A stretch of 64,000 nucleotides of DNA, from NCBI GenBank assembly GCA_013265495.1, contig MU058636.1:3893967-3957966 (forward strand). Reading direction: 5' to 3'. The position numbers and the translations under genes are program-made. This document shows positions 41,001-53,900 of this stretch, in pieces. Source of the stretch: Vicugna vicugna (lineage: Eukaryota). A model generated the notes under the pieces. The model had not been told where the DNA came from. It did no database searches and saw only the letters and a list, made by a program, of their open reading frames with translations. Numbering within the stretch: position 1 is the stretch's first letter; each line of letters begins with the position of its first letter.

Positions 41001-41589
41001 ATGCTGGGATGGGAGCGTCACCTCTCTGCCCCTCCTCACTCCGTGCCCTCCACCTCCTCCCGTGTCCTCCAGCCACTATCTTGTGAGGTTCTGAGATCAC
41101 AATAACCTTACTACAGAAAAGGTAGCTAGCATACAGCATTGGATAGAAGTTGGAGCCCAGGACTTAAGCCAACCCCGAAACCCAGCTTGCTTCTGCATTT
41201 AAGTTAGGTGAACCATATGTTTCCTTAGTGTTGAAGCCAGCTTGAATTGGGAGTTTCTGTTATTTGCTGACAAAAACATCTTAATTTCCTCAGCAAGGTA
41301 GGTCTTCCTTGACTATATCTAAAGCATCTCCTGGTTTCCAGTTACCCTCTATTGTTATCCACTTATTTCCTTTCCAGTATATACCACAGCCTGCAATTAT
41401 CTTGTTTATTTATTTACTTATCTTTTTTCTCTTTGAATCGTATGGCTCAGGAAGGCAATGACCTTGTTCTCTTCCTCACAGTGCCCTATAGATGTTCAAT
41501 AAATATTTGGTGAATGGCTGAATGATAAAAGTATTTCATAAGCTTATTAGGAAAAAGGGATCTGTACCAGCTTTCCTCTAATACAAAGT

Positions 41590-41747
41590 TGTTCCATCTT
41601 GGCACTGCTGACACACTAGGCCAGGTGTTCGCTGTTGTGTGGGCGCTGTCCTGTGCATTGTGGGGGGTTTAACAGGACCCCAGACCTCCACCCCGTAGAT
41701 GCCAGTAGCACCGTCAAAAACAAATTGTCCCTGATTGAGAACCACTG
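41590..41747. mobile_element. MER20-like MITE
   Basis: ggcactgctgaca...gctgtcctgtgcattgt...tagatgccagtagcacc...ttgagaaccactg. Confidence 0.75.
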
Positions 41748-42495
41748 TTGTAAGATTTTACTTAAGCTTCACTGGCCCAGAAAGGGCATTGTCTTAAGAC
41801 ATGCTTTTGAGAGAAAACAAAGTAATGTTTGATTCTGAATCACAGAGACTGAGACGTGGGAGGAGTGAAAGCCTCGTTATGAGTGAGTCAGGCACCTTCA
41901 GCCCGTATTTGGTCCCATAGGTGAGGAGGGATGGCGCGCCTCCCGTTTAGCCGCAGGACACGCTTATTGACCGTCATGAAAATGGAGGAGCTAATTTTGA
42001 CAGTGGTTGAGAAGTATTTTTGTGATTACAAATTATTTCCTTCAGACAAGTGTATATAACTCACTGCTTTTCTGTGCCTTAGTTTCCTTGCTTGTGAACA
42101 AATACTTTGAGTGCCTGCACAATTACTGGAAAGTATTCGTTCTTACATTTATGGTCACCTTAACCACCCTGTTTTAGCAGAACAAAGAAAGAAATTTAGT
42201 ATTTGGTAACCAGGATCATTACTGCCTTACATGCTATTCTGACTTTTCACCCTGAAAAGTAAATTCGCATGCCATGAATAGATTCCGTCTTTTCCGCTTT
42301 GTTTCCTCAGCACATGGGAGGAAAAGGAGAGGGAGAAAGAGTACCCTGTGTGTGCTGTATTCTGAACTATAATGGGGTAAATTCAAAGTCCTTCCAAGTG
42401 AAGTGAGTCATTTCACCACAGACTGTTTGGATTTGGCCTGTTGAAAGGAAGTACCTTCGTTTTCAGAGGGGAAATAACACCAAAGTGTTGGTGTC

Positions 42496-42526
<31 letters not shown>

Positions 42527-43319
42527 GAATCAGATAGGTTCTGAAACCAGGATGTGTCTGAGCTCCAGAGATGTTAGCACTGATGATATACGCCATCAGT
42601 GGGTGGCACCTTAAGTTCCTGGAACCAAGGGTGTATCCAGTTCCCCAAATGAATTAATAATCTCCTCAGGAGGGTGGAAGTGGTAGAATAAATAACATTT
42701 TCAGGATTTGTTTTGATTGGACAAATCGGATTGTCCTTAACCTCATTTGTGCCAAGTGAAAAGACACTTCAGGAGAGCTGGCTACCTGACTGCAAAGCAG
42801 AATCATGGCAAGGATGGATAGACTCAGAGTCAGTTGTCTCGTGATGGACAACTAGAACGATAAAAAGAGAAACACGAGAACTAAGAGTCATGCAAACTAA
42901 AGTTACTTTAATTCCCCAGCACAAAGGAAAAACAGCAAAAGGGTATTTCCTGCCAATTCTGAATGACGAAGCACTCCGAAATAACCGCACGAGCCCCCAG
43001 CTGCTCTCTACATCAGCGAGCGTAAACTTTACGGTCTGCTTGGAGGGGTGAGTGAAGCGCTGGAGAAGCTGAGTCCCTCCAGCCCGCTGGGGAGGGGGGA
43101 AACGCAGTTCCTGTTAGGAAGCGCGTGTTGCTAACAACCTTGAAACCAGCTGTTTAAATTGTGAAATGTTAAGCCTGTTTTTCTGGAGGAAGTTTGTAAA
43201 TTGTTATTTTTCATTAAAAAAAAAAGACACTCCACAGATACCTTATTGCTCTTAATTTTTTGCTTGCAAAGGCTCTCTTCTGAGGATTCACCACTTACCG
43301 ACTCTTTTCATTTTTTGAC

Positions 43320-43765
43320 AATATGTATTCTTCCCCTTGGCCAGCTAAAGAATGTCACTCGCCATTCAGCTCTACGGGAATTAAGTCATTAGCCACTGCA
43401 GTCATTGACCTTCAGCATACCTCGAAAGGCGTGCTCTGAGGAAACTGGCAGGACAGGCCTTCAGATAGTTTTTCAGGAGAAGATTTTATGAACCCAATTT
43501 CTTGCATTTTCCCATCCTTAGAAAAGCACTAAAACCTTTAAGTTAGCTGTGCCTTGTGACTGGCAGTAGCCTTCTATTAAGGTGTCGCTTGATTGCACCT
43601 ACCCATTCTCAAAATCATGTGCATGCTGACCGCTGCCCTTGCCTCTTTGGAGCGGTTCCACAGAGCTCTCTGGGAGGCTGGCTCCCAGGCTACTGTCCTC
43701 AGTGAGTCCCCAAATAGAACTGGTACGCTCAGCCCTCAGGTTGTGCGTTTTGATTTCAATTGACA
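43320..43765 (+). mobile_element. ERV1-type LTR (5' edge uncertain)
   Basis: Ends ...gttgtgcgttttgatttcaattgaCA; its reverse complement resembles the terminus of the 48610 LTR. Degenerate poly(A) signal aaatagaa. Confidence 0.6.
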
Positions 43766-46700
43766 CCTTTGTTTCTGAAGGGAGTAGGGTCAGCCCAAGA
43801 TGAGAAGTCAGGAAAGCCTGTCTGTAGCTCCTGTCCCCTGCCTTTCCACCCTGTCTCCAGCCTCCTCCTTTACTACTGGTTATGTCTCCTCAGTGTCCCA
43901 GAATGTAAATCCCTGAGCACCTCTGCCAAGGTTTTTAGGCAATATATGTGTGTTCTGTTCCTGTCTGATTTCTTTTTGGCCTCCCAAGGGCGGAGGGGCT
44001 TAACCAGCAAAAGGCAACCCGGTCCCATCTTACCTCATCAGTTGGGGAAAAAAGTGCCCCTCTCTCCTGGAACAAACCACTACGGGCCATTTTCCCACCT
44101 GGCCCTGCACTGGCCTTGCTTGGTGAGGACAATGGCGAGGACACCTAAGGAGGAGCAAGTCCCATCTAGGCTCATTGCCACTGGGATGGAGGTAAATGTT
44201 TCCTGAGAGTACAGGAAGCCCCACCCTTATTGCTGTGGCCTATGACACGTCCTTGAGGTTGGCCTCTGCCCTTGAGCAGAGTCAGAACTCTTCCCTGGGG
44301 CAGAGTAAAGTGTGTCTGTGAATCAGGGAATGTTTGCTTGGCAGGGAAGGTGGGGAGGGTGGACCCTAGTACCCAGGAGCCTTGGGCTGTTTCCGGGAAG
44401 GGTTCCAAGTACCTGGTTGACTTTTTTCAATAGTAGTGGGTCTCTAGGAAATTCATCATGATAAAATAGGACAAATATGGACGAACCTTTGTGCTTTTAA
44501 ATATGTCCTTACAGATTACATAACAGAAATGCCTGCTAGCCTTCAGCTTGACGTGTTTTGTCCTAACTAGTCAACTCTGCACTCCTGGCCTCACCTGCAG
44601 GCAAGACTTTGACTTTGTACTGGAGGTGCAGTGATGAACCCACCCACATCCCTGCCCTCAGGAGACTGGAGAGGAAGCTGCTCTTAGAACAAGGTTCAGG
44701 ACTTGGCCAGCTGGGCTGTGGTTCCATGTGATGGTGAAAGTTCCAAGACAATACAGTAGACCCTGTCTGGAGTGACATGGATCTGGGTGTAAGTCCTGGC
44801 GTCTATAACCTCTTGTGGGCAAATTACTTAACCTCTGTGAAATCATACCTGTCAAATGTGGATAGGAAATCCTACAGCATCACAGTGTTGTGGAGGCCAG
44901 TTAAATAATACGACATAAGCAAAGTGCCTACCACAGAAAGGAAGCGCGATTAATGACAGCTGTGGTTGTTACTGCCTTGATTACTTAACCTCTTGGTCAC
45001 CTAAGGCACCTCCCCACTTCCTCGCCCTCATAATCCTCTCCCTGCAAGACTGCACACACCTGTTACCCTCCTCCCCTTGCCCAGTGGGCCGCTCCTGTGG
45101 CATCTCTGCTTAGATGATCACAGATTTCCAAACGTTCTATAGATCTGTGTTCATATCTTTGCTGATAATTCAAAACCAGAGAATCAGATTTTAGCAGGGA
45201 GGTTAAAATGCCTCCTTTCTGTTGTGAGAGATTCTGAAGAATATTGCAAATACCAGAGATTTTAACTTTGTCAGTGTCCTTAAAAAATTCACTTAATTAG
45301 CCTTTATTTCTGTTACATAACTCTTAAAGCCCTTTCCCCAGTGTTACTTTATAACATTATGTTTCTGCTTAGTGGATCACTGGAGTGATATTAGTACATT
45401 TTCTAAAGGAATATTGCAGTACCCTGCACTAAACGGACTAGTCAGCCACCCTTGCTCAGCACTGGAAGATTCCCCAAGTCTAGTCACTCACCCGTTCATC
45501 CAACAAATATTTGTGGAATTCCTTCCATTAAAAAGCCATTATGTAAGAGTGTTACAGGTGATTCAAAGATCATTATCAACAAAAAATATTTGCCTACCTG
45601 CTGGGGTGAGGGATGGAGGGAGGTGTAAGTGGAAGCTACAGGGAAGTGTCGGTGAAGCCAAGGACCTGGGGACCAGAGAGAGCTGTGCTCCAACCTCACT
45701 CTCTCACAATAACCATGTGAGTCCAGGAAGCAGCCTGAGCTCTCTGAGCCTCTGCATTTTCATCTTCAGAATGAGGATCCACTACCAGCGTTCAGCACAC
45801 ATGTCCACTTTGTGCTGAGTACATCTCCTTGTCAAGTTACACTCTCTTGGCAAATGCTCACCACAGTGCTCTAAGGCATCTAGCCAGTAGGTTCTCAACA
45901 AATGCGATTTTATCTTCTCCTGTCTTTCTAACATATATTCATTTAATAAACTTTGGACCAAGCCCTGTGCTAGAAGCACTTGGTTTAAAGATAACAGAGA
46001 GAAAGACCACACCTCGAGCTTCCCGGTCTAGTTGGGGACACAACCTATAAACAGATAACTATCCAGGGTAATCACTGTGCAAAGAGCATTATTGGAAACA
46101 GAAGCAGGATCCGTAGCCCAGCCTGGGCCAAAGGCGTGGCACGGGGGTGGGGCAGAGAAAGGTGGTTGGCACCTGAGCGTAGGTGAGGAGGCTACAGGAA
46201 GGGTCCTCCCTTTCTCTGCCCGATCTGCAACTACCCGAGAGGTGACGATACCTGCGAGGACAAGCAGGTTACTGTTTCTAAAATAAGGAAAGAGCAACAA
46301 TGATGTAAAAACGTAAGCACAGCGGAGCGGCACGGACTCAGGTTGTGCTTCCAGGCTAAGTACCGAACGGTTGGTGCGGTTCCCAGGAGTAGCACTCCCT
46401 CTCCACGAAATGGAGCATGATCGAATAAAAACAAACGTCTGTATTTTTAAATATGTCCTCACAAATTACATAAGAAAAATGCCTACCAGCTTGACTTAAA
46501 AAATTTTTTTTATTCTGCACTTTCCTCATTCAGAGTAAGCTGGATGGGCCCAACTGACGTGGCTGCGGCTTTTAAAAGCACGATGGAGTCACATAGTCGG
46601 TTGGTGAAATCTTCTAATAATATCAAAATGGTGCTTTGTGTCCTGACTGCTTCAGAGGAGAGTGACGCACTGCCCTCCTGACGCGGGCCACTCACTGTGC

Positions 46701-48609
46701 CACTGACCCAGACCCATTGGCCACCCCAAACGGGACCAGTCAGGGGACTAGACAGGCTCACAGCAGACATAGCACCACCACAGCCAGGACAGCAGGTGAA
46801 CCATGAAAAAGAAATCTCTGTCGAAGCCTTTGTGGGCTAAGTTAACCCAAGGATGTCTGAGACTAGAGGAGTCAAAGTGTAAAAAGATCATAGTAATGAG
46901 AATGCTTATGCAGAGTGTGGGATTCCTAGAAATGTGAATTTATTCTCTTTGCCACCCAGGGGAGCCAGAGACTCATGAAAATCTTACACAAAGCTGCCTA
47001 AGTTACAAGCCAGGGAGCAGAGAAGTACTACTTCAGTTTCGGCTTTAGCAACTGCAGTCAACAGGAAAAACAACCGACCAACAGAAAAAGAGATGCATTA
47101 ATTCATGTAACTTGCATCTGGCTTAGGCTCAGTCGTGTTTTGGGCTCCGGTGGGCTCATCACGACCCGCCTGGTCTTCCTCTCCAGCCTCTCTCCTCTCT
47201 GTGTTGCCTTCCTTCTCCACTTGGGACAAAGCCCTAGTCTGCTCCACATTGATGCAGTGCTTACACCTGGGACGAGGAGAGGGGGGTGGGCGACACCATG
47301 TTTTCCAGGTAACCTCCAGGGTCCCTCTGAAATAGGTACCTTCTATTTCAGCCTCATTTTACAAATAAGACTCAGCTGGGCTAAGTAATTTCCCAAAGGA
47401 CCACTGTTAAGTGGTGGAGCCGGGTGTTAAACACCACAGCCCTTGCTTGATTGCAGGGCAGGGGAAGTGGTGGGAGGACAGAAGTTCAGACAGAGGGCCG
47501 CTGGCTGGCAGGCTGGGAGTGGGGCCCGGGCCCTGGGCGCAGGTGGGTGGGGGGAAACGGAACATGCTTTGAAGTAACTCCTCCCCTTTCTTCGAGCACA
47601 GCCTGAGCCACAAAACCCCTAAGAGGCAAGTCCCAAAGAATGGGAGAGAATTTCCATTCCGTTGGAGGCCCAGGTCACTATCTGGTGCTGGGCAGCCGGT
47701 GGGGATGGCACAGGTGTGGCTTTGGGAGTGTCCGTGGGGACAGTGCCCTTGTCTGAGCTCGCAGACCAGATCCCAGGTCTGCCAGGCCCTGAGGCTGGCC
47801 GGATGGGGAAGTGGGGGGGAGCTGAGTTCCCAGAGGCTCCCTGACCACCCGCGGGGCCTGCAGCCGCCAGGTACTCCTTTCCCTCTTAATCTTTCCAGAG
47901 GGCTGCCTCCCCCTGAGTCCAGAAGGGGTGGGAACGACCCAGAGATGACTCCTGAAGCCTGGGGGTGGGGGATAAACTGTGAACTAGAGGTCTCTCGGAA
48001 GTGGGTTTTTATTTATCAAGAAAAGCTGGCATTTCAGTTTCTCCTTGAGTTGAGGAGAATGCTCAGGAGAACACTAGGTAATGGGGAATGAGGTAACGTC
48101 CAGAGCACACATGACCTGCAGACAGAGGACAGCGGAAGCCGGGCCTCGCTCTGGAAAATTTAATCAATCTGTGACTTGACTCGAGTTATTGTAAAAGCAC
48201 AGCTCAAGCCTTACAGTAATTGGTTTCATGCTCTTTGGAGTCTTTGCTTTCTTTTTATTTTACCTCAGAACTTTAAAATACTATATTTCGTTTTAGTTGT
48301 GAGAAATGCAGGGGAAGAAAGAGGGAAGGAAAGATGACACACGTGCAGAAGAAGCTTGGAACTGTGTCAGGGTTGGTGATATTTGGATGGCGCCCAGCAC
48401 TGCCAGGTCCTGGCCTGCCGGAGCCACCGCCCTGGGTGTCTGTGGAGACAGAGTCAGGCCGAGGGGCCCTCATTCCTCAGAGGCTTTTGCTTCAGTCCCT
48501 GGGGTAGCAATCCGCTGCTGGTGGAGGAGATCCTCACTTAGACTAGCAGCAGACCCGAGGGCACCCTGGCCTCTTCCCCCTGGGTCCACACATTTACCGC
48601 TCTGATACT

Positions 48610-49127
48610 TGTTGACTGAAAAAAATGAACAACTTAAAAGCTGAGGATTATGTTTTATTCAGCAGGCATTCTGAGAACTTCAAGCTGGGGAGGAAGCCTC
48701 TCAGATCACTCTAAGGGACCGCTCCCAAGAGGTAGGGGAGGAGCCAAGATACACAGGAGTTTTTGCAACAAAGACCAGGGATTCGGAACATCAAAAGATG
48801 TTACTGAGAAAACCAGGCATCTAGAGTTAAGGAATTTAGCACTTTTCTATATATGCGAAGATGCAAGAGTCTGGGCTCACTGAAATCATTCCTTTGATGT
48901 GCACCTAGCTACCTAGGGCCAGTATCCTGTGCTTTCCCATCCTGAGTTCCCCTAGGGGGCACCATTGGGCGTGGCTGCAGAGGCTGAGGGCTTGGCAGCA
49001 GGCAGCCTGCTTGTCTCCATCCTGAGTTCCCTCTGGTTCATTGTCAGGGGCATCGGTAGTGACTTATAACTTGATGGCCACAGCATCCTTTGTTTGCTGA
49101 TACAGCTGGCAATATTTTTCATTCACA
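48610..49127 (-). mobile_element. ERV1-type solo LTR (518 bp)
   Basis: TG...CA termini, 4-bp TSD tact (48606-48609 and 49128-49131), AATAAA on the minus strand near 48655. Confidence 0.85.
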
Positions 49128-49131
49128 TACT

Positions 49132-49740
49132 CATTCAGCAAACATTCATTGAGTGTCTACTACATGTCAGGCACAGTTCTAGGCACTTGGTCTTCAGCAA
49201 TAAACAACACATAAAAATCCCTGCCCTCATGGGGCTTAAATTCTAAGATTAGGAGACCAACAAAAAATGATGGCATGTGGTAAACACCATGAAGAAAACT
49301 AAAGCAGACTAAGCAGTGAACAGGTGGTAAGGGGATGTGTGTGTGTGTGTGTGTGTGTATGTGTGTGCACACTGACACTCCTACTTTAAATTGGAATGTA
49401 ACAAAAGAGCAGAGACCCGAAGGAAGGAGGGAGTGACATACAAATATCTGAGGGGTGGGATTCTGAGCAGAGGGAACAACACATGCAAAGGCTCTGGGGT
49501 AGAAGCATGGTTGGCATGTTCCATGAGTAGCAAGGAGGCCAGTGTGCCCCGAATGGAGTGGCAGAGACAAGAATGATAGAAGAGGGGGGTTGGAGAGGTA
49601 GGTGGGACCATCTACAACCATCTGAGTCCTCATAGGCCACAATAATATCTTTCACTTGTCTCTGAGTGAAGTCTAGAGCCACTGGAGAGCTTGAAATTCA
49701 TCATCCTCAAAGGATCACTCTAGGTGCTGCATGGAGTCCA
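49132..49740 (-). mobile_element. L2 LINE 3' fragment containing a (GT)n microsatellite at ~49336-49367
   Basis: cattcagcaaacattcattgagtgtctactacatgtcaggcacagttctaggcactt...gcagagggaacaacacatgcaaaggc...aaggatcactct. Confidence 0.8.
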
Positions 49741-49812
49741 GAGCAACATGGTCCAATACAAATATAACGTGAGTCACAAATGGAAGTCATAATGTAATTT
49801 AAACAATTTGGT

Positions 49813-49869
49813 GGGGGGATGATATAGCTCAAGTGGTAGAGCACATGCTTAGCAAGCATGAGGTTCCTG
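49813..49869 (+). mobile_element. 3'-truncated Vic-1-type SINE head
   Basis: ggggggatgatatagctcaagtggtagagcacatgcttagcaagcatgaggttcctg aligns to the SINE at 26509 and stops before the B box. Confidence 0.8.
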
Positions 49870-50112
49870 CCACGGACAAGGTGGGGACTTGTGTCTGATG
49901 AGGACACAGAGAGCAGAACTCCTTGATATGGACATGTACTATGAGTGAAAATAAGCCATTTTTTTAAAAAGAGTTATTTGGTAATGAAACAATACTGAGG
50001 CCGGAACACTTTCATAGTTGTGTTCTCCATTTCCAGGTCTCTCTCGTGTCTCACTTTTCTGAAGTTCTCTGAGGTCAGCCTAAAACCTAAGCATGTAACA
50101 GCGCGCATTCGA

Positions 50113-50440
50113 TTGTAATGTGGTTTAGCTGTGTTCAGTGTCCTGCTCATGGTAACCTTTCCTGGAAAGGACAGCACACCCCCTCCCTCACGGGTGGCCA
50201 TGCAGCTTACTTTGCCCAATGAGATGTGAACAAAGATAATGTGTAGTTTGCTGTATTTTTCCCCTGCTGCTATGGCAATGGCCAATGTCCCAGGCAGAGG
50301 CTGCTCTGTCACCTTGGGTCCTAGAGTCAAAACGACGTGGAGCAGAACTACAGCTGGCCCCTGATGGACACATAGGATGAGAGAGAAATAAATCTTTATT
50401 ATGTAAGCCTCGGAGAGTTTGGGGGTCATTTTGAGAGAGG
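50113..50440 (+). mobile_element. MaLR LTR (MLT1I/J-like)
   Basis: gtggccatg...tttgcccaatgagatgtgaaca...ggctgctctgtcaccttgggtcc...gagagaaataaatcttt...aagcc. Confidence 0.7.
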
Positions 50441-50529
50441 TGATTAGACAGGTTTGCTGACCCTGACTGGCTTCCAACAAGGGGAAGACAGTGCCAGGCT
50501 GCTGAAAGGCAGGACATTTCTCATCTCCC

Positions 50530-50990
50530 ACAGCTGGCTCCTTAATTCCAAGGACATGGTCCTACAACAGGATGACTTACGTCCCACGGCTGCTGCATTA
50601 ATGCCAAGGACAGACCCCAGTATCTTTTTCTTTGTGTTCTTTCTCCTTCTGAACTTCCTGTTTCAGGGCTGAGCTCCCAGGGAGGGAAGAGTCAGTAATA
50701 AAGTAATTAGCGCCACCACCAGAAGGAAGAGAAGGATAAAAAGCCCCTGCGGCCTGAGCAGGGGCTGGAGCTGTGTCCACCGGCTACCTTGCCGCCGGCT
50801 CCCCACTCCAGTGTTTTCTTTTCCTCTCTCTCTGACCAAAAAAGCAGCTTGCTCTTCCACTTTGACCCTCTGCTCTATTGAGAATTGTTTCTCAGTCTCT
50901 CTCCGTCTGCTGGCTGCACGTTTAAGGGGCTTGCCCACCCTTCTGGGGGGTTTCCCAAGTTGGGGGTTCCTCTATCTGCTAACGGTTTGT
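50530..50990 (+). mobile_element. Probable LTR-like element
   Basis: TATA-like gataaaaagccc, pyrimidine-rich R-like region and degenerate poly(A) signal. Edges and family not determined. Confidence 0.4.
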
Positions 50991-53900
50991 TTGTTATTCA
51001 GTATAGCATAGCCTAACCTGACAGATACATAGGCGCATACCCATGACATTTCAAAAACACCAGCAAAGCATAGAACTGAATATTACCATTACTGGGGAAG
51101 AGGGGTTTTCAGAACTTATCACTGTCGGCCTCTCTCCCCATAGTGGGTGGACTACTTTAACCCACACTTACCCTTATCTTCAAGCACAGCTGTGTTTCCG
51201 CAGAAAGCGGATTGCTGATTGATTACAGTTCAAGACATTCGCTGGCCTGGGTGTTGCTAGTGAGCTGTATTATTGGTCTTAACGGTCAGGACTGACAAGA
51301 GACACTGTGACTTCCTTTTCTACATTCGGCCTCCACAGGGCCTTGCTTCTGAGGGAGTATGTCATCTCTGCCCATTTGATTGCCTGGGCTGGTGGACTTG
51401 CTCCGCTCTTGGATTTGGAAGGGAAGAATCAGAAGCAAGGTGCTTCACTTAAGCCTCCGATGCAGCCTGCTTAACTCTAGCTCAGTGCTGGGGGGTGTTG
51501 TTCAAGCAGAGCTCGGCTATTGTTCCTCATGTGTAGGGCACTTAGGAATAAATTCCTCGAGGGAAGGAAGAATGAGTGGTCTATTACCCCAAACACCAAC
51601 CCAAACCCTGAACAGCTCCTTTAATAGCATACAATCTACTATTAATTTCCTTATCTGTAGGGTTTCCCAAACAAAAGCTGCATGCTTAATAGCTAACCCA
51701 TGTTACTGTTTCTAAAGAGCTCTTAGCAGAAATTGAATGTTGTCTTGAGGGAGAAGTAAACAGAGAACAAAATAAAGAATAAGTGCTCAGTCAAGGCTCT
51801 TTATGGACCTATTTCAAATTGGCTTTTTTTTAAGGGTATATTTTGGAGGTTTATTGGAAGGATGCTGAAAGGTGAAGTTATAGAACCTGGTGCAGAGTCA
51901 GCACTCACTCCCCGGGCCACCTCCCCCTCAGGCAGGTGTACTCAGGCTCCAACCAGAGCAGAGAACTCACTTAATTATTAACATGTTAGCACGTTGTTGC
52001 CTGATTAGCTTGGCCATCAGCAGTATAATTTAATCAACTAGAATGTGCATCATAGGAGACCACAATATAACAGCATTTGTAAAAGATTGTATTTTTTAAA
52101 CAAATATTCACAGTCAGATAGTTCTCATATGAAAAAGCACTGAGATTCGAACACCCAAACTGAATAGATTTTTCAAAAATGGAAATTGTGACTATTTAAA
52201 ATTCATTCCTATCATTTTTTCCCCCCTGAGGTTCAAGACTTGCTTGAATTACTGTGCTTTTGGCTTGTTTGGGGAGACTTTTCACATTTGCAAATTAGTG
52301 ACCCAGTCCTAGCTGAGATGGTGATGTCCGAATACTTCATTTCAAAAACAAACCCAGATCTGGAATTTTTAATAACCCAGACCCGGGGTTGGATTGGTTT
52401 GTCTGTGCCCCGAGGTCTACATCTAAGACTGACAGGAGGAAACCCAACTGAGCACAAGTGTTGGGACAGTTTGAATGAAGAGTAATTTGCTTGAGTTTCC
52501 CCCACCCTCCTCTTGAGTTTTAAATAGCATTTGTTCAGTAAGTCATTCAATGCACCAGTTTCTACAATCAGCCAATACCGAGAAATTATGGGAGCTTGAA
52601 ACTATAAAAAATGATTTCTAGTGTAGTATAAAGTTAATTCAGCAGATATTTATAAGCACCTATTTCTTGTCAGGCGCTGTGTGGATACAAAGCAAATTAG
52701 GGTATTGAAACAGAATTATAACAGGATGTGATAGATGCCATGAACATGATGGAATTGTGTCCAAAGGGCGTGGTCCCTGGGCTGTGGGTGGGGGAGGGGA
52801 CAGAAAAAATATTAGAACTTGTCTTTATATTTTTTATCTCATACTTTAATTTTTATGTTTTTGCAGGTTTCTAGATAGAACTGGTACAGTGACATACATA
52901 ATTTATAAATAGGTAGCTACGGTGCATAATTGCTTTGCTGAATGAGAACAGAAACTGGGATCATTTGCTCTGAGGTGCAGAGGACTTGGAACAAAGTCCC
53001 CGAATAAGCAGTATTTCACACAAATCCCACAGAAAGCCTGTGATTTCACCAGGCAGAAAAGCGGGGGGACTGTGCTAGTCAGAAAGAAAATACTGCCGTG
53101 TTTTCTCACATGTGGGAAATAATATGACACTTTTATAAAATGTGGGGCGGCTGGGGAGAGCCCTGCACCTGTGGTGGGAAGTAGAGGGGAGGAAGCGGTA
53201 GCGCCAGTGTGGGAAGGTCACGGCCAGGTGGGAAGGACGTGGCCGAGATCAAGGACCCGTGTTTTACCCCGTAGAAAGGAGAGGAGGGGAGGAAAGGGAA
53301 GACCAGGCCTTCCTACAGCCCCACTGGACCAATCCGTGGGATCCTCTTTCTAGTTGTGATGCTAAGGGTGAGTTTTGCCTATAATTTTGGAATAGCTTTG
53401 AAAGCAAAGGGAGACAAGCTCCTCTAGGGCGGTGGAGAGACCCCCTTATTTATGTTGTCAGAGTCTTCTTCCTGAGCACCTGCTGCAGGGGCGGCCAGGG
53501 CCACTGCATCCTCTCCGATCTGCAGCTCCTCTTCCTGCCTTGCTCCTCTCCCGCAGGGGAGGAAGATTCTCTTGCTTCCCTAGAGGCTAAAGCCTCAGGT
53601 GCAGCGAGAGCAGGTGTGCACCATTCCAGGGTGTGGGGCAGGGTTAACAGACGGTTAGATCGTGGGTCTGATGATCACAATGGTCTTAAGTCCTAGAGAC
53701 CCAGTTTTAGACATTCTAATCCACTGCCAGACCCCAGGCCGGGTTTTAGGTTTGGAAAATAACCCAAGGCCCACTTGTAATTCATAAAGCCACTTCACTG
53801 TGTTAGAAGAGAACAGCCTTCTCAACACTGGTCGGGGAGGGGAGGGTTGGACTCTGTCCCTTGCTCAGTCCTCACCGGTCAGGACAGGATCCCCAGTCAT

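Noticed and set aside
49160..50531. 160- and 185-aa minus-strand ORFs
   Set aside because: They lie within L2 and MLT repeat sequence and have no splice or homology support.
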